DNA of 63,655 nt, the filler included, from Octopus bimaculoides (Eukaryota): assembly GCF_001194135.2 (NCBI RefSeq). It is 6 parts of 6 records of this genome, joined end to end, with 100 filler letters (N's around TTAATTAATTAA, not from the genome) between each part and the next. Parts side by side here need not be neighbours in the genome. Positions count along the whole stretch, not along the records: positions 58,457 to 63,655 come from NC_068994.1; 5 more parts are not named here. One strand, written 5' to 3'. Below the pieces are notes generated by a model that was not told the DNA's origin, did no database searches, and worked only from the letters and a program-made list of their open reading frames with translations. How positions within the stretch are numbered: position 1 is the stretch's first letter; every line of letters begins with the position of its first letter. Position numbers and translations under genes: made by a program. This document shows positions 61,986 to 63,655 of this stretch, one piece after another.

Positions 61986-63613
61986 ACAACTTCATTGAAC
62001 CGCCTCAGGCCCGTAGTTTCGAGCTGACCCAACTGAATAAAAAACAGGAAATACAATAGGTACAACAACAACAACAACAACAACAACGATGACGACGACG
62101 ATGGTGATAATAACTGTCAGTATACAATCAAAATACAAGTGATGCAAGTACTTTAGTTTTGTATTTGACACAGAATACGCCGATGGATACACAATTAGGA
62201 TGCAGAGCATGCATATGTGTGTATGTATGTATGTTCATGTATGTGTGTGTGTGTGTGTGTGTCCATGTGTATGTGTGTGGGCATTCATTAGATATAAAAA
62301 GCAGCCAACTGGTCTATCTCGTAAAAAGAAACACCTGATTAATTTTGTTTCCGGTGTCCGGGCATGTAAAATTATGTTAGGTTTAATACAGAGAAATAAA
62401 TTATTGCTAGTTACTGATATATAGTTAGTTTTATCCCTTAGGTTTGCATATTTATTAATAAGCCAAATAATAAGCATTCGATTCACTGTTTATAGGTAAA
62501 ACTTTTTAATGTGTTTGTGCGTATCAACTTCACTGGTTTAGATTATGTAAAAGGAGGTTTGCTTATTTTTAAGTTTATTACTTCCCCATGAAAGCGGTAG
62601 GTTTTGGAAAGATATTCTTGAAAGGATGTTAAATTTTAAACAGAAAGAAGAAACAAATATTTATAATTTTGAGAAACATCTGCTTTTTAGAATGGTGCAC
62701 ATGCATTATTATCATAATATCTGAACTGCTTAAAAATTCCTGATCTGACATTTAAATAATTAACGGAGCTGCAAAGATTTCTGCCAATGAGATATTTCTT
62801 CAAGTTATATAATTCACAAATTTTAGATGACTTTTTATTTAGAACAAATTTTTAATGATTTTTCAGTTTGATTTTGAGGGCAAAATCGAAGCCTTTCAAT
62901 GTCGGATCATAAACTAGTAAATTTAAATACGCTCCTGAAAAAAAGTGTGGTAACATCGTTGTATAAAATAACTCACAACCATACCATATCCATCCATCCA
63001 TCCATCGATATATATATATATGCAACAAACGGGCTCCAGTTTCGCACCTAGGTTGCAGAAATGTTATAATGGCTAACATTTTTTTTTCTTTTTAATAAAG
63101 AAGGCCATAAGCTACTTCTTCACTTTTTCTGATAACTGAAAATGCCTTAAATTTATTTATAATAAAAAATCTTTTTTTTTTTTTGTATGGAAGGAAATTG
63201 GTTTTGTAATGAAGCAAGAAATTGTGAGTAAATGTACTGAAGTGGTAGAGCTGGGAATAATAACCACGCTTAATCCTATTGGTGTTCAATAACCATTTGT
63301 ATGTGTGTGCATCTGTATAAATATGGGAAATTGTTTTCGGTGGTGAAGAATGTACATTTTCTATGGCCGGAAATTGATTTTGCTAATTAAAAAATTTTTT
63401 TTAATGTGAATAAGTCAACTTTATATTAAACATATATTGGATATCTCTATGATCTTTATTTAAACGCAACATTTGTGGGGAAAACCTGTTGTTTTGGCGA
63501 ATTTATGTACATGTTACACTGGCTTTATCTTGTTTCTACCTTTATATCACCCACACTGTCATATATATATGAATACATACAACATGCATACATTTATACA
63601 CACACGTGTAAAT

Positions 63614-63655
<42 letters not shown>

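Noticed and set aside
1-63655. CRISPR array, rRNA, operons or prokaryotic systems
   Set aside because: There is no constant repeat with unique equal-length spacers, no rRNA motifs, and the sequence is clearly eukaryotic repeat-rich DNA.

Overview
Eukaryotic, AT-rich, microsatellite-saturated draft-assembly DNA with many N gaps. The SINE families and the TTAATTAATTAA gap spacers look like an Octopus genome (O. bimaculoides-like); this is recalled pattern recognition, not a database result. I found no convincing host protein-coding exon, rRNA, true tRNA or CRISPR array, so the window looks intergenic or intronic. It is a mobile-element graveyard. It holds two Penelope-like (GIY-YIG) retroelement remnants, one with inverted pseudo-LTRs, plus fragments of RLE-type (R4/Dong-like), Tx1/L1-like, CR1-like and RTE LINEs. 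It also holds mariner remnants, several MITEs and more than 25 tRNA-derived SINE copies or fragments. The main unexplained signal is a set of about nine hammerhead-ribozyme-like motifs (stem I-CUGANGA-stem II-GAAA-palindromic stem III-NUH) in unrelated sequence contexts. One sits in an unclassified element at 56.85-57.77 kb that combines a canonical TATA/Inr promoter, a 12-bp E-box palindrome and a duplicated 192-bp structured unit, resembling a Penelope pLTR or retrozyme. All RNA folds were deduced by eye.
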